Shown: positions 24,901 to 38,875 of the stretch, one piece after another
Numbering within the stretch: the stretch's first letter is position 1
How the letters are laid out: every line of letters starts with the position of its first letter
Assembly: GCF_018143015.1 (NCBI RefSeq)
Contig: NC_054741.1
Location: forward strand, 72,100,687 to 72,164,686
DNA from: Lytechinus variegatus
Taxonomy: Eukaryota
Length of the DNA: 64,000 nucleotides
Direction: 5' to 3'
Notes under the pieces: generated by a model
What the model was told of the DNA's origin: nothing
The model's input: the letters and a program-made list of their open reading frames with translations, nothing else
The model's database searches: none
Translations under genes and position numbers: made by a program

Positions 24901-27900
24901 CTGTAAGGTAAAGGAAAAGAAAGATATTGATTATAATGAGCTGGTTTCAAAAACAAGTTTAATATTACTGCAGTATTGCAGAATGATGATCATGATGAAG
25001 TTCTGGGGTGCATTTCATTAAAGGACTTGACGGATGTTTTATTCAACAAAGTATGTTTTATCCAACATTGAAAATGTGCTTCTCAACCAATCAAACTCAA
25101 GGAGAGATGTTGGATCAGACAATCTGTTGGACATACGTGTTAATGAAACACTCGCCTGATTTTAGACAGGGAAATGCCTTTCATAAATCTAGTTGTATAG
25201 TTTTATCATCAGGATTACATGTAGCACTTACAGTTTTACAACCAAAAAGTTTTATTCTTGGGTGTTTGCCAACAGGATAGGCCCTGAGTCAAATTGTCAC
25301 TCTCTGTCTCTGCCCTCCTCATTTATAATGTAATAGGACAATTCATTCTTCACTCCAGACACCATCCCCAGTAAAGGTCTTTATCCTCCCTTTTTCCATT
25401 CATTTCCCCCTCAAACCACACACTGTTCCCTATTGACTGCATTTACATCAAGCAACCGTATAAAAAAATAATCAAAATTTTTCTTCAGCAAGACATTTGC
25501 AGACACCATAGTGTTTTAACTGCATATTGGAAGTGTCCCAAAGAAAATACTACCATCTCCTGTAATACTACTGCAGGGAAAGGGTTGAAAGACTTGACAT
25601 ACCTGCATCTCTGGTCCAGCCATAGCCATGGCCTTGATGGTCTCGGCTCCAATGGACTGAACCATGTTCCTGAACCTCTCTGTCTCAATGTCAGACATCT
25701 GCTTGGCCTTGTTGACCTCCAAGGCATTCTGTTCCTTGACGTACTTGGTCTCGGCCTCACGAGCATTGGTAAGGCGTTGCAGCTCAGATTCCTACAGGAG
25801 AGGGGTTGAGATCCAGAGGTTTTCAGTTTTATAAATTATCTTTTACCTTAGGACATCTCTTCCAAAATTAAAATGGTAAATTACAAGACAAAATATTATA
25901 ATGGCATTTCCAAACAAAGTGTGTGTATTTTAAAAAAGTTTCATACTTTTAAATCGACAGAAATTCTGACAGAACAGAACTCTGAATTCATTGTTTTAGC
26001 TGTAAAAATGTTCTTATATTCACACTTCCATGTCAGATCACACACTAGAAAGATGTACACACTAGAAAGATGTACTTAGTATACTACCAAATACAGAGGG
26101 TACATTTTCCTTTAGACAACAATTTGGTTGGTATCAAGAAATTGTTAACATTGTTCTTACTTTTTGACAAAAGTATTGTCATAAGTTCTGACAGCAATTA
26201 TGCTAAAAGTACACTTGCTAATTCAATATTTCTTAATGCCAAATGTACAACAGCTGAAAATTAAATGCATTCCTTTTCTGAAAAAGTGAAAAGCGAACTG
26301 AAACCCCTCTGTAAATAAACTGTATAAAGTCTATTTCCCATACAGTCATTCCGTCTATGGTAATGAGGTTGATGCAACTGCCATGTAGAACCCACTGCAG
26401 TGAAAGATACACAAATGCAATACTCACTGATTCAATCTTGGCTGCTTCAGCCTTGAGCCTGGCCTGGTCAACAGCAGCCTCTCCTTCAATCCTGGCAGCC
26501 TCAGCTCGAGACTGTGCCTCTGCCTTGGCCTGACCGGTGCTCTCCACAGCTGCACTGTTGGCCTGGAGCTCCAGGAGTTCCTTGCGAGACTTCTCAGCCT
26601 CTGCTTCATCCAGGATCTTCTGACGCTCAAGGCGACCACGAGCCTCTTGCTCTAGACGCTCAGCCTCATGCCTGAAATTTAAGTGAAGTTTGGGTGGCTT
26701 ACTAAAAATACTTATTTCATTTTTACTTTACGGCAATAGTACTGGGTGCAAAAAAGAAACATAATTGACAAAATTTGACTTCCAAGAACGAATCAAGAGG
26801 GTGAGGATTCATGTATACATACTTCTCAAAGTGAGTGAAGGCCGTACCAACTCTACAAAAACTGTGGCAAATAGCACTGAATGACGGTATTTGCACTTTA
26901 CATCAACATACATTGCAAAGAATTAATTATCAAAGACTAATTTTCTCTTCATGTTAGTGGTCAAAGTGAATTCCCACTTCACCAAGTCCAGGTATATGAA
27001 TGGCTACACGTTTTCTCCTGTTACTCTTTATTCATGTTTTGGTGAAAGCATTAGACTTTTGCCATTAGGCAATTGATGAAGATTGAAAATGTCTTCCATA
27101 CCTGGCAGCAGCCTCCTGTGAGTTTGTGGTAATCTCAATAGCCAGCTGAACAGACTTCTGTAGAGCATCCCTGGTCCTCTGGTCTACAGGCTCTACAGAC
27201 TGGATATCAATGGAGGTGATCACTAGGCTATTCTGAGGGAACAGGAAGGACTCCCTCACCTTGTTCTTCTCGTCGAAGCCAAAAACAGAGGCACGGATGA
27301 TCTTGGCAGAATTCTGCGTTGGAGAAAGGGAGAAAGGGAGAAATGAATACATTTTATTTGAAGCTCACTTCATCTTTCCATTAATAACTGAAATATGAAT
27401 ACCCCATTAATCAAAATGAAGGAACTAACATGAATGGGATGATTTTAGCCAAGTTCTTATATGTCTGACAAAAGGAAAACAAGTATTTCTCATTTGAATC
27501 TCCATTAATACTCTTTTAATAAAAAAAAAATCTCATTCTTAGTACATCCCATCCCCTTTGATTTAAATCACAATTTTAGTACATTCCATTCCAATTTATA
27601 CAGGAATAAATTTTTAAATAAAAGGAGAATTGTCAAAGCTAAATTGATATTTCCATGATCTGATCCAAAAGGTAGGCAATCTATAATATACCCCTTTATC
27701 ATTGCACTTTTCAATCATACATACATTGCTCTCTCTCTCCTGATTCATAGAAAAAAAAATTCTAGGTGACCTTATCTTCTTTTTGAGTAGGTAGAGGGTC
27801 CAAACTTATGAGCATAACCTTCATTCAGATCCATTTCATATCAAAGTTCTCATTGCTAAACTGTACCTTGTGGAAATCATCAAACTGTACTCCAGCAACT

Positions 27901-30900
27901 GCACCCCTGATCCTGGATGCAATAGCCTTGCAGGCATCACCAATGAAGTCGGGCACACTGAAGAGCTTAGCAGACGCTACCTCATCAGTCTTATTTGGAA
28001 CCTCAAAGTGCCTATCATCGGGAAGAACGGTGCAAAAAAACATGAAACTTAATATATAATGATGGATGCTCTGGGAATGAGACAATATAAATTGGCTTAA
28101 AGTAATTATCAAAATGTAATGCCAAGGATGAATGAAAATTTGTAATTCTGCTACCGTTTCCCTACGCTCGTCTGTGTGGATTAAAATTCTTTGATTGAAT
28201 ATGAAATGATGGGTATCACCTTCAGAACTAAACAAGGCACATTACAAAGCAAAACGGCATAGCTGTACCCTCCAACGGCTGCATGAGCAAAAGGATAATA
28301 TTTCCATCTTTTCAATAACAGCCACTAATTTGTGATAATACACCTACATCCGTCTTGTTTAATATATGAAGTGCAATAGAGTTATGTATTCACGTACACT
28401 ACCTACAACAATATTTTTGAAAGACTACATCCATTGACATACACTCTCCACGCTTACCAGTTGTATGAGAGCTGAAGCTGCAGGCGGGCATGGTCAGCGG
28501 TCTCAATGGTAATGATATCTGTGCAGAAGTCTGGACCCAGGAGAAGGCAAAGGGCCTTGATGACGTTGGGGCGCTTAGGTTTGCCTCCTGAGAGGCTGAG
28601 CTGAGTGAACTGTTCATCGGGACCAAGCATGACCAGCTCAGGACCAAAGACAACCCTAGAGAGATAAAAGAAACAGAATATTTAAATGATTTGTATGTTT
28701 GATTAAAAAAATATAACAATTATCTTGAATGTTTTAACATTCATGAATTCATTATCTTTCATGAGATCTTATTTCTTTGCTGGGCAATAATGCCTTAGTC
28801 TGCAAGAACCGACCCCGATTGAAACGCTGATCAACAGATGGGTCTTCACATAAAGACTAGCACATGGAAAATTGCAATGGGGCTTTTGTTACACACATCA
28901 TTATAGGCTTTGCATTCAGATCTCTTGAAGGCTTTGAACAGCTGCAGACTAATAATGCCTTGCCAATCATTAACTTAATCATTGTTCACTTTACAAAATA
29001 AATCTTTATCAAACATGGGCCCTGTAACATTAAGAGATATATTCTGTATTTACAATTGATAGCAACTTAGTGTACATAATTTGCCATAGACTTACATCCA
29101 AGCTTATCTGTACAGATGGTTGTATCGTTTATGTTAAAGGGACCAGATCCTCCGATATTAAATTCTACCTGTAAATCTGCAGTATATTTAAAACATCAGG
29201 GTCTCATTTCATGTAGAGTTGATATAAAAAAATGCAGTTTCTATAACACACATGTATTTACTATCAGCCAAACGGATTGAATGATTTCAATAGCTTTTAA
29301 CTCTCATTGTAGACTTGTTATTACAAATTTTATGGAACTCGATACCTCATTATTTGATAGATAATATAGTGATGAATAAATGGCTAGTGATGATGCCACT
29401 GACAATCATCCTCACCTGGCCTTCTTCTCCTTGTAGTCATAGATCTGCACAGCAGCATTGTGAGGCACACGGAAGGATACCACCCTCGTCTTCTCCCTGG
29501 CCCTGGAGGCCCCACCTCCCCTCCTGTCACTACGGTCTGCCAAAGGGTCCCTGGCACTCTGAAGGAGCTCCTCTACTGCTGGAGGCAGCTCCTTGGCCCA
29601 GAGCTCCTCATCCTGGCTCAGCATGTAGGTCTCTCCTGTAACTGCTCGTACCTGGAGAGGAAGAGTGATTAGAGCAGAGTTAAAAGATCCATCTTTTGGT
29701 CAATGGTGGTTAGACATAAGATCCCACAAGAATAGATCAATGCTTGGTGATTAAATCCATTATATATAAACTCAAATTTATGTTTGTAAACAGATGTTAT
29801 TATGACCTTTTCCCTTTCAAAATTGACAGGTTACTATGTTTACAAGGGTGGTCTAGTGTAGCAATAATCAAATACTAAAGCCATTAAATCTGCAACACAA
29901 TCTTATTCTTACCACACTATTTTTGTGTGTTTGAACTGAGGTAATAGACCAAAGATTCTAAGTCATGAAATAATTTTCATTGCCATAAAGGCCTTGTAAA
30001 TTGTGTTTGATTACAGGCTTTGAAAGAAGAAATAACATGTACCTTTCCAGTCTTGGTATCCCGGATGTATACTCCTTCATTCTCATCGAGAGGGATAGCC
30101 TTACGCCTGGTGACGACCTCTACCTCCACAGGAGGTACATACTCACAAGGTCCCCTGATCATCCACCTGTCTCCTGGCTGACGAACTGCTCCACTCTAAA
30201 ACAAAAATTAAATCATGAAGCACAACTTAGTCTAAAATGATAGTTATATAACCTAAATAACAATATATCTCACCTTCAAGTAACAAATTTTAAATATTCT
30301 CAAGAATAAGCATATTACAAGGACGGATTAAGCACTAAAGGCCAGATATTGCAACCCGCCTGAAGATACATTTTTTTTTCATCATAATCTACATATACTC
30401 ATACAGACATTAACCTTAAGTCTTACTTTGATGCTATTAATAATGATAATTAAGCATCCAAGCTATTTTGTAGTCATTAAGCATTGAAAACCAGGGAAAT
30501 TACAAAATATCTCTACTCTGTCTAAGCTTGACAAAATTTAATGATACAAATGGAAACGACGTCAATGACCAAGGAATATGCACCAGGTTTTGCACTTGGA
30601 ATAAACTGTGAAAAACAGTAAGAACAGCAAAACTGACGTTTCACAATTTTGATTTTGTAAATAAAATAACCCTTTCAGCCCATGTAAACATAATTCTTTA
30701 TTGTAACACCAACTGTTGCTAGAATAATGCATGTGATATCTGCATCTTTTCGGTGCAAAGTTTTATTCATATTCATTTATAGCAATTTTTTTTTCATTTA
30801 TGAGGATAATTTCAAAGTGACTTACAGCATTGGCATCCTTGAATGATTCCTGAGCTCTGAGAATAAGACCTTCATCTTCACCAAGGATGAATACAGACTG

Positions 30901-33900
30901 GATACCTTGCTCAAGCGTCTCACCGGGTTGAAGGAAGAAAGACACCTCACCCTACAAGAATCATTGAATAAAATGAGAGAAACTGTGATATGGTCGACAA
31001 TGCAAGAATAAATGCAGTGACAGAACAGAAATGAAGAGTTCATACCTCCTTTTCATTGTTAAAAAAAAGATTTACTATTGATGTGTTGTAACAAGCTACA
31101 TATAGGTAGTTAATGTTAGGCATCATTATCATTAATGTATGTTTTATTGTCATAAGGAGCTTTTAGATTCCTTTTTCATGATGCAGAATCTTCTCATTTG
31201 GGGAAATCAGCCTTCACAAGCATGAATTATGAGGGGAACATGGCATTAAAGGAGGGAAGATTCTGCAACATGAGCTAGGTTGTAAAATCGCATGCTCCCA
31301 GTAAGAAATCTGCATCATCAAAAGTAGTACTCTGTACTATCAGAATGAAAAATAGTTATTTCAAAAGAGTACCAGATCTACTCATATTATGATTCCACTG
31401 CATAATTTAGTAAGGAATTAGAGAATTACTAAAGCCTGTAATGGAATTATATGTGTAATTAAATGTGAACTATATTCTTTACTGCTGATATGAATTAAGA
31501 ATTTTCCAGCATATATGAAGAAACCCTAACTTTTTATCAGTTTTTGGAACTGAAGTGGCTACCCTGGGTAAATATACAGTTATTATTATTATCATTATTA
31601 TCATAAACTATTTCAATGTAGTGTCAAAAGCAAAGTGTATAAATGAGAAAACAGACTGATTAACTTGGACTTGTAAACAACAAATGAATGAATCAAGAAT
31701 AGACCTTGCTGGGAATTTCTTTCAATCTCTTTACCTTGATTAATCTCTTCTGTCCAAGCTGTGGTTTTCCATCGGCCCCGACAGGGTCCACGATGACACA
31801 GTACTGGCGATTGGTCAATGTGTTGATGTCTACAACTCTTACAACCTATCAGAAACAAGAACATGAAATAATCATTATTCAGGGTATTCTATGAAGTGAT
31901 TCTTAAAAATACAAGTAAACAAATTAGATTTGAATACAAACCAAACTTTCACTCTGTTGTAAAAATATATGAATGCTTTACAAAAGCTGAACAAGTGCAC
32001 CATCTTATTATTTCAAATAGCTCATTTATATCAATTCAAATATTATGGCTACAATCAACAAAGGTTTGAACTATGGTCAACCTCAAAAGGTCTCAATTTT
32101 TTAGCGTATATTGGTACAAAATCTAATCCAACTGAATAATATTCTATTTCATGTAGGTGTGTGTGTCTATGACTTTAAAGTCCTGTTGAGAATTCTGGTC
32201 TTCTTGTCTATATTTAGCCAAACTTTAACACAATTATTTTTCTTTTCCTTATGGAATTATGTGCTCTATGAATACACTGCAAGTCCTTGTAGAATATCTT
32301 ACTAGGTAAAGGAGAGTGATGTAGTTTCTTACCTCCTCATACACATCTGGAATGTGTGCATCTGTATCAGCCATAGTGATCAGCCACTCCTCACCATTCT
32401 TCCTTGTCTGATTCTTCATATCTACAAATGTGCGTGTGGCTCTTAGGTGAAGAGCATTCTGTAAAAATATAATGTTTGTATTATCATTAATATTTCAATG
32501 ATAAAATACATGTAATTATGCAACAACAATCAAGAAAACAAGATCCCACTTTATTTAAAAGCTAACTTTATTCTTCAATTCAAATAAACCAACTAATTCT
32601 TAATATTTGATTCTGTAGCACCAATCACAATCTGATATATAAGAGTAAATAAAACAATAAAAAAACTCTGAAAAAGATGAAATTTCATCACAAAATCAAT
32701 ATGAAGTTGTAAATTCATTTTAAAGTAAAAAACTGATACTTCTCGTTTTTACTGTTTAACTTATTTTCCATATAAAAATAGCTTTAATTGGTCATTGCAC
32801 ATAAAAGATAATCAATTTTGAAGGAAAACAATCATGTAGCATACCTTTTCTGTGAGCACGTAGGCATTGACGGTATCGACCACCTCCTCATATGCCCCAG
32901 GGAGGTAGGCACCAACCTTCTTAACCTGCCACTCCTCACCAGTAACCCTAGTATTGCCTTCTCTATCTTTGGTTTCCTTACGAGCCCTTAGCTTGATAGC
33001 CTGGTTAGGTCTGATGATGGTTGCCCTGATGGTCTCATCCACCACCACTTCCTTGCGGGGGATGTAGGTACCGGGTCCCTCAAAGAGCCACTCGTCGCCA
33101 GCGACGCGCTTCTGGGTACCGTCCTCGAAGTCAAGGATGGCTCGGAGCCTAAGGGCAGCGTTGGCCTGGACAACCTTCAAGGCAGTCACAGCCTGTTGAA
33201 GAAATGGACATGTACGCCATTTAATATAAAATGGACAGGCAGTATTTTCATTTGAGTTTTGGGCAATGAAGCCTTTTTTCTCAAGAAGTTTGGGATGTTG
33301 AAAAAAACTTGGCCGAAATAACACTATATAACCAACGAGAAAGCATTCCCTTTGACATTGCACAGTACAGTTATTTTGAATGTAAAAAGCTGGGATATGG
33401 ACAAAGTATAACTTTAAAAGAATTTCTAGGCATTGAAAAAAAATCCCCCAAATACGAGATGAGAGATTGACCTCGAAATACGCAATTTAAAATGTTGGAT
33501 GCAACTTCTGTGACCTGCTTACTTAGCAATAATGTATGAGGGAAGAAAAGATCAACACTAAAAAGTGCATAACTTTATCAACTAAACGTCAAGCCCAAGA
33601 TCTAATGTAGATTGAACTGAGGCAATAGAAAAGATATATGAACAATTCTTTTTTAATATCTAATCAAATATTAAAGACTACATCAAGACAACAGTAAAGA
33701 TAAGCCCAATCTCACCTGCTTCAATACTTCTCCTGGGTAGAGAGGGAACGGTTCCCGGGCTAACCTGATCTCCTGGTCAGCATGGGATAGTTTGACCTGT
33801 CCAAGACCATCAAAGACAACCTGACCAGCATCATTCCTGACCACAGGGTTCTCTACAATACAGTAATGCCTAGGAGGGATGGTGATCATCTTCTCGGGAC

Positions 33901-34437
33901 CGAAGATGACCCTACACGGATAGAGAGGGAGAGAAGTTCAGAAATCATAACCTAATTTTCCTCTGATATTTTTAAAGGATCCAATTATAGTTTTGCTTTG
34001 TCAAGAGACGTCCAACCAATATCTATTTCTAATCAAGAATTAAACATTTGAAATTTTAGTAAAACGTTCCTATAAGAATGATACAAAAGGGATAATATTC
34101 ACATTGTATGTTTGTTGCTAATATCTTGCTGAAATGCAAATTATTTTCAATAAAATGATAAGCTAGATGACACATAAGTATCATGTTAGGTACATGTGAT
34201 ACAGGGTTTGCCACAGATTTAAAAATTGTTACACATTAATTTAAGATTCTATCATCTATTATACAGGACAAAGGAGAGTCAATCCTACCTTTCATGGTCC
34301 TGGCGGATGTAGGTCTTAGGACCCACAACGACCTTGGTGACATTGTCATTGTGGTCCAAGACATGGATGTAGTAATATGGGGGGATGCGGAAGATAGACT
34401 CCTCCTGGCTGCTCCCCCTCTTTGATGCACGATCCAT
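24757..34437 (-). CDS. MVP: Major vault protein gene, complete CDS, 14 coding exons, 2577 nt giving 858 aa plus stop. Start ATG at 34437-34435 ([28 protein letters not shown]...), stop TAG at 24759-24757 (...GIDQVDQDE*). The exons are listed as separate features below.
   Basis: Each exon translates to a block colinear with vertebrate MVP: IRIPPYHYIHVLD, vault repeat domains, the shoulder and cap-helix region [17 protein letters not shown], and the C-terminal [16 protein letters not shown]. All splice sites are GT..AG and phases are consistent. Boundaries were calibrated against track ORFs. Confidence 0.93.
25603..25791 (-). CDS. MVP: MVP exon 13: [63 protein letters not shown]
   Basis: ORF 25516..25722 (alternative TTG start). 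The GPEMQ motif is conserved against vertebrate MVP. Donor ATGCAG|GTATGT. Confidence 0.92.
26428..26671 (-). CDS. MVP: MVP exon 12: (R)[81 protein letters not shown]
   Basis: ORF 26233..26547 uses an alternative GTG start inside the exon. Acceptor AAATTTCAG|GCATGAG, donor AATCA|GTGAGT. Confidence 0.92.
27102..27313 (-). CDS. MVP: MVP exon 11: [70 protein letters not shown](R)
   Basis: ORF 27065..27352. Donor GCCAG|GTATGG. Confidence 0.93.
27867..28011 (-). CDS. MVP: MVP exon 10: (W)[48 protein letters not shown]
   Basis: ORF 27825..28235. The [20 protein letters not shown] block is highly conserved against vertebrate MVP. Confidence 0.93.
28458..28655 (-). CDS. MVP: MVP exon 9: (R)[65 protein letters not shown](W)
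   Basis: The frame was calibrated against out-of-frame ORF 28399..28719. Donor AACTG|GTAAGC. Confidence 0.92.
29416..29651 (-). CDS. MVP: MVP exon 8: [78 protein letters not shown](R)
   Basis: ORF 29412..29624. Donor GCCAG|GTGAGG, phase 2. Confidence 0.93.
30043..30195 (-). CDS. MVP: MVP exon 7: [51 protein letters not shown]
   Basis: ORF 29977..30162. Acceptor TTTTAG|AGTGGA, donor GGAAAG|GTACAT. Confidence 0.92.
30826..30951 (-). CDS. MVP: MVP exon 6: [42 protein letters not shown]
   Basis: ORF 30763..30945 uses an alternative GTG start inside the exon. Donor GCT|GTAAGT. Confidence 0.9.
31735..31845 (-). CDS. MVP: MVP exon 5: [37 protein letters not shown]
   Basis: Calibrated against ORFs 31613..31864 and 31706..31894. 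Matches human [37 protein letters not shown]. Confidence 0.88.
32333..32458 (-). CDS. MVP: MVP exon 4: [42 protein letters not shown]
   Basis: Hand translation colinear with human [42 protein letters not shown]. Acceptor ACAG|AATGCT, donor GAGGAG|GTAAGA. No track ORF is available for calibration; length 126 nt is consistent. Confidence 0.85.
32845..33192 (-). CDS. MVP: MVP exon 3: [116 protein letters not shown]
   Basis: ORF 32812..33363 (183 aa). Boundaries computed from the ORF frame; donor AAAAG|GTATGC. Confidence 0.93.
33716..33911 (-). CDS. MVP: MVP exon 2: (R)[65 protein letters not shown]
   Basis: ORF 33683..33889. Acceptor ctacacggatag read as minus-strand AG|G; donor CAG|GTGAGA. 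Confidence 0.92.
34289..34437 (-). CDS. MVP: MVP coding exon 1 (149 nt, ends phase 2): [49 protein letters not shown](R). Donor on the minus strand AAAG|GTAGGA.
   Basis: Calibrated with ORF 34236..34430. A likely 5'UTR-intron acceptor (ttttttttttgagag) lies just upstream of the ATG at about 34450-34466. Confidence 0.9.
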
Positions 34438-35829
34438 GGCTTGTCAAAGGTTGCTTCCTCTCAAAAAAAAAAAGATAATGAAACTTTGCAGTACTGGATG
34501 GATACTGTGTGAATCTGGAAAGCAAAAGAGAAAAGATGCTATGAGGTTATTTCTTTGGCGTGTACATAAATGAAGTAGAAATAGTAGAAAATGCAATTAT
34601 TACCATATGCCAACTGAAATGAAAAGTAATGTATCATTTTCAGAGTATCAGTTATAGTCATATTCTTTTCAACTCCCTCTAAATGTGGCAAGTTTTTTGT
34701 CTACTGCAGTTGACACAATCTATACATTTGATTTAAAGCTAACTTGAATTACAATGAAACTGAAAGATTAACTGCTGAAAAGAATCAAAACTACCTTAAT
34801 TTATCCATCAAGATTTGGTATTGTAAGACTCTATAAAAACCAATATGCCTTTTTTCTTAATTTTCTTTCTGGCATGTGGCATCATATTGTAAAGTGGGTA
34901 CTTTTTGTTACAATGTAATGTTTTTTTGTTTGTTGTTGTTTTACAGAATTATTGTACCAGTCCTCAATTTCCATGGATATGTACCATATGCACAAAAAGC
35001 TTCCCATACACTGTATGCATGGTTTCTGAAGATTGTAATGGTATTTGAGTGTGCTACAATGTACATGTATGTCAGCCGGTTGTACATGTACATTTAATAA
35101 AAAAATCTAAAATTGATAACTTGGCACTCCTCTAATGGGTAATTCAAATAGAGTTAATAAATCAGAACAATGTCTTCATGTAGTCATGTACATACTGTAT
35201 ACATGTACATAAACTGAGGCATATAAAATTGTTAAGATTTTATATTAACCAATGAATAATTTGAGCAAACAAAAAACCAGGTTAGAGCTATAATACAAAT
35301 ATTTATCTTTTGTAATGTTTATGGCCTTTGACCAATCTTGATTTCAACTGACACATCAGTGCACATTTGGGTGTAAACAATTTGGGTAAAAGGAAGTGCT
35401 TTTTGCATGCTGATGTTGCTATCTTGCACATTTGTACAATTAAATTCAACAATCTTAATTAATTCGTTCCCCCCTACCTTCAAATTAGCTAATAAAAGGC
35501 AATAGTTCTTGAATAACATGATATAATAATAAGCATCAATGGTGCAATATGGAAATCTTGAATTAAAGAAAAAAAACATGGAAACCATTGTCATTATTAT
35601 CCCCCAAAATTAATCCAGCATGCAAAGAGTTATACAGAGTTCTTTACAGAGTGCTTTGAAGAGTATTTAAAAAGAAAGTATTTGATTCCCAAATAACTGC
35701 AAATTATCATTATAATGATGCAATATTGTGAATAGAGTCAAATGACCAGCTAGGGCAATCTAAATTAAAATACAAAATTAAAATGATGATCACAAGGACA
35801 CTGCTCACAGGGTCTTCACTTCTCAAGCT

Positions 35830-36130
35830 CTAAAGCAACGGACTCAAAATGTATGAGCTTCTGCATATCAACTTGAATCACTTTAAACTCTGATGGAAAG
35901 CCTGGTGCATGTACTTGTGAAAACATAGCCCAGTGGTTTACTGCTTAACAACGCCCATTGAAATAACTACCCTCTTTTCTAAAATGGGGAAACTTGGACT
36001 AACAAAAAGTATCCTGTTTTGTTGATAAGAACAAAGGCTATTTCCTTCCTTCCTTAAACTAAATTTTTGAGGCTGGTTTCCTGTGCAATATCTGGATTGA
36101 CTCTTAGTAATTTACACTGCAATAATTGCA
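35830..36130. repeat. 300-bp segment whose inverted copy lies at 42835-43135, contiguous with the right inverted-repeat arm.
   Basis: The reverse complement of 43021-43130 matches 35841-35940 (aaactctgatggaaagcctggtgcatgtacttgtgaaaacatagcccagtggttta). Confidence 0.75.
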
Positions 36131-38875
36131 AAAAGATGCAAGTCACAAAAAAGACATCTTGAATACAAAAGTTGTTCTAATGTTAATGGAAACATCCTTG
36201 GAAAACAGAAATATAGGATGTGTTTCAACTGATCAATATCATTAGGCTAAAAAAAAGTTCATGAATGCTACATGTAGATGGAACAGGATAATTATCAATA
36301 TCTCAAATTTGGATAAAAACTAATATTTACTTGCCTCCTATTACCAAAATAAAACACTATGGTATGGATACTCATGTGAGCTCTATCCTGTAAAATCAAT
36401 TATGTATGTGTATTGTACATATGTGTAGAATGGTAAATCCATTATCAATTCTGAATGAACTACAGCTAGAAATTATGTAAAAGGAATCAGTGTCCCAGAT
36501 CAGTGTACATGATATTAAAAAGCATGAAAGTAGTGTTCATAAGTTGAACTCTCTATTTGACTATTTTTTTTCTTTATAAACTGCTGTGAAATTTTTGGTG
36601 AAACAATTTGGTCTGCCAGCATCTCTTCTTTTAGCATTACAGGATTACTACCCAAATGTGTATGGATATAATATTTGCACTCTAACATGCGGGAGAATGA
36701 GCTCCATCATTATCATCTACTATAAAAGATAGGGTGGAGGGGAAGGATTGCACCATCTTGCATCATGCTAAGAAACAGCAGCAATTGGCACTGCATACAG
36801 CAAAGTCTTTGATTGCAACACCCTTCATCAGAAAATTTTCATCTGACCTACCAAACATAGCATGTCAGCCATGGATGAAAGCCACAAAAATCCAATTTAA
36901 CTTTGTGAACATGTGTGTGGCTATTTGCAGGCAACAAAACAAACCTCTCTGATAATTGAGATTGTTTTTACTACATTCTGAAATGTTATTCAATGTTTAA
37001 AAATCAAACTGAGAAGCTGCAGGGGGGGGTCATGGTTAGGGAGATGAACACAGAACGCATCTCTGCTTCAAGAAAAACACAAAGCTTCCATCTCTGCATT
37101 GCACAATTATGCATCAGAACTTCTTATTGCACCATCCCACATGATGCATTGTGGTGCAATACATGTTTTGATCTACCTGTACTACATGGAGATTAGCAGA
37201 GGATTGGTGACACATCCATGCCCTGCAGGGAAGATGCCAGGAGACTATGACTGGCAACACACACCTGTCAATGCCAATTTCAAAACAAGGATGAGTCTAG
37301 ATCTCTCTAGTAAGCACTGCAAGATATCACAGGTAATTGGCTCATTACAGAAACATGCAGGCCTACATACAGTACCATCTGCTGTAAGCCTTGTCTAAAC
37401 TGCTCTGTTAATGTGAAGTAATGTTATTGTTGGATGGTTATTTTTTTAATTTTCTATTTTGTTTAACTTACAAGTGTTTTCTTCAGCTGTTTTACATTTC
37501 TGTTCCGTCTAGACTCAAGTTCATTTGTTATTTCAGCAGTGCCTAGCCTACCATTGTTATGCGCATTGTTTGAAACTGAATAGTTTACCTAAGCTTAAGT
37601 TAGACCGGAATTCATAACCGCCTTTTCTTCTGGCATTCTCCTAAGACCTAACATCCCCGGACCCCGATGTCATGGATGTATAGTTTAGTGAAACAACCAA
37701 CAATGTACATAGACTGAAGCTTTTTTCCAACCTTAAAGGGCCCAGCCACTGACAAATCATGGGGAAATTGAATCAATACGAAATTTGCAAAATACCAATT
37801 GACTTGCATAATATAATCTGTCTGTAATGAGCACCCGTCGGACTAATGCGATAAAAGTTTGGACAGCAAGAATTTGACCGAACTTGTGGTTATTTACTTC
37901 GGATCATCGCAGTTCCAGTTTCCAACAATTCCAATTCCTAGACTCATAGGTCTCTTGATTGTAAACCAAAATAAATAACCTCTATGAAGTTACATGTTTC
38001 AAAGTGAAAACATGCAGTTTACTTCTGGTTGGTTAGTCTACTAACTATTGCTCTCATATAGACCTCCCAGACATGCCAGCGTCTATTTCTGTACATAACA
38101 ACCCCGGCTTGCAGCTGAGTGAAATACTTGCCTTGAATCCCTTTTTTTTCTGAGATTAGCTTTGATTTCCCAATGATTTGTCAATGAAAGGTCCTGGTCC
38201 AGAATGGGGATATTTATATCTCAATAAATAGAGTAAAATTCACGAAGAAAAAATGCTGAAAATTTGATCAAAATCGGAAAAAATAAAAATATTGAATTTC
38301 AAAGACTTGTAGTATTCCATTGAAACAGCTCTAGGCATGTCTTTATGAATATTCATTAGGTGGGATGATGATGTCATATCCCCACTTGTTCTTTTGTGTT
38401 TTATTATATGAAATTAGGTTTATTCAAAATTTGTCTACCATAGTACCAAGAACTAAAACAATTGGAATGACAACTCATTAACAGCATTAGTTATTTATTG
38501 CCACAACTAATTTCATCATTATTGAGACATAACATTTACACATGTATGAAATAATGAAACATTTATGATTTCATGTAATAACATAAGAAAAAGGAAAGTG
38601 GGGGTGTGACATCATCAGTCCATCTATGAATATTCATGACGATAACTATTTTCACAAAATATTGATAAACTTTGAAATTCAATAACTTTGTGGCACTAAT
38701 GCAGTTTCGCACCGGCCGATTACCAGCATACCTCATCACCAATAGGCCTTCTGATCTTGTTAACAAATGTCATAAGTTTCTCAGACTCAGTCAATTTTGT
38801 TATCTGAATTCTGATTTTGATGAAATTTTTAGCATTTTACTATGTCTATTTAGTCATCTATTTGGATATATTTTC

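Noticed and set aside
36734-37398. Cluster of 67-99-aa ORFs upstream of MVP
   Set aside because: They have no splice-consistent structure and no recognisable protein motifs, and the composition is typical of AT-rich intergenic DNA.
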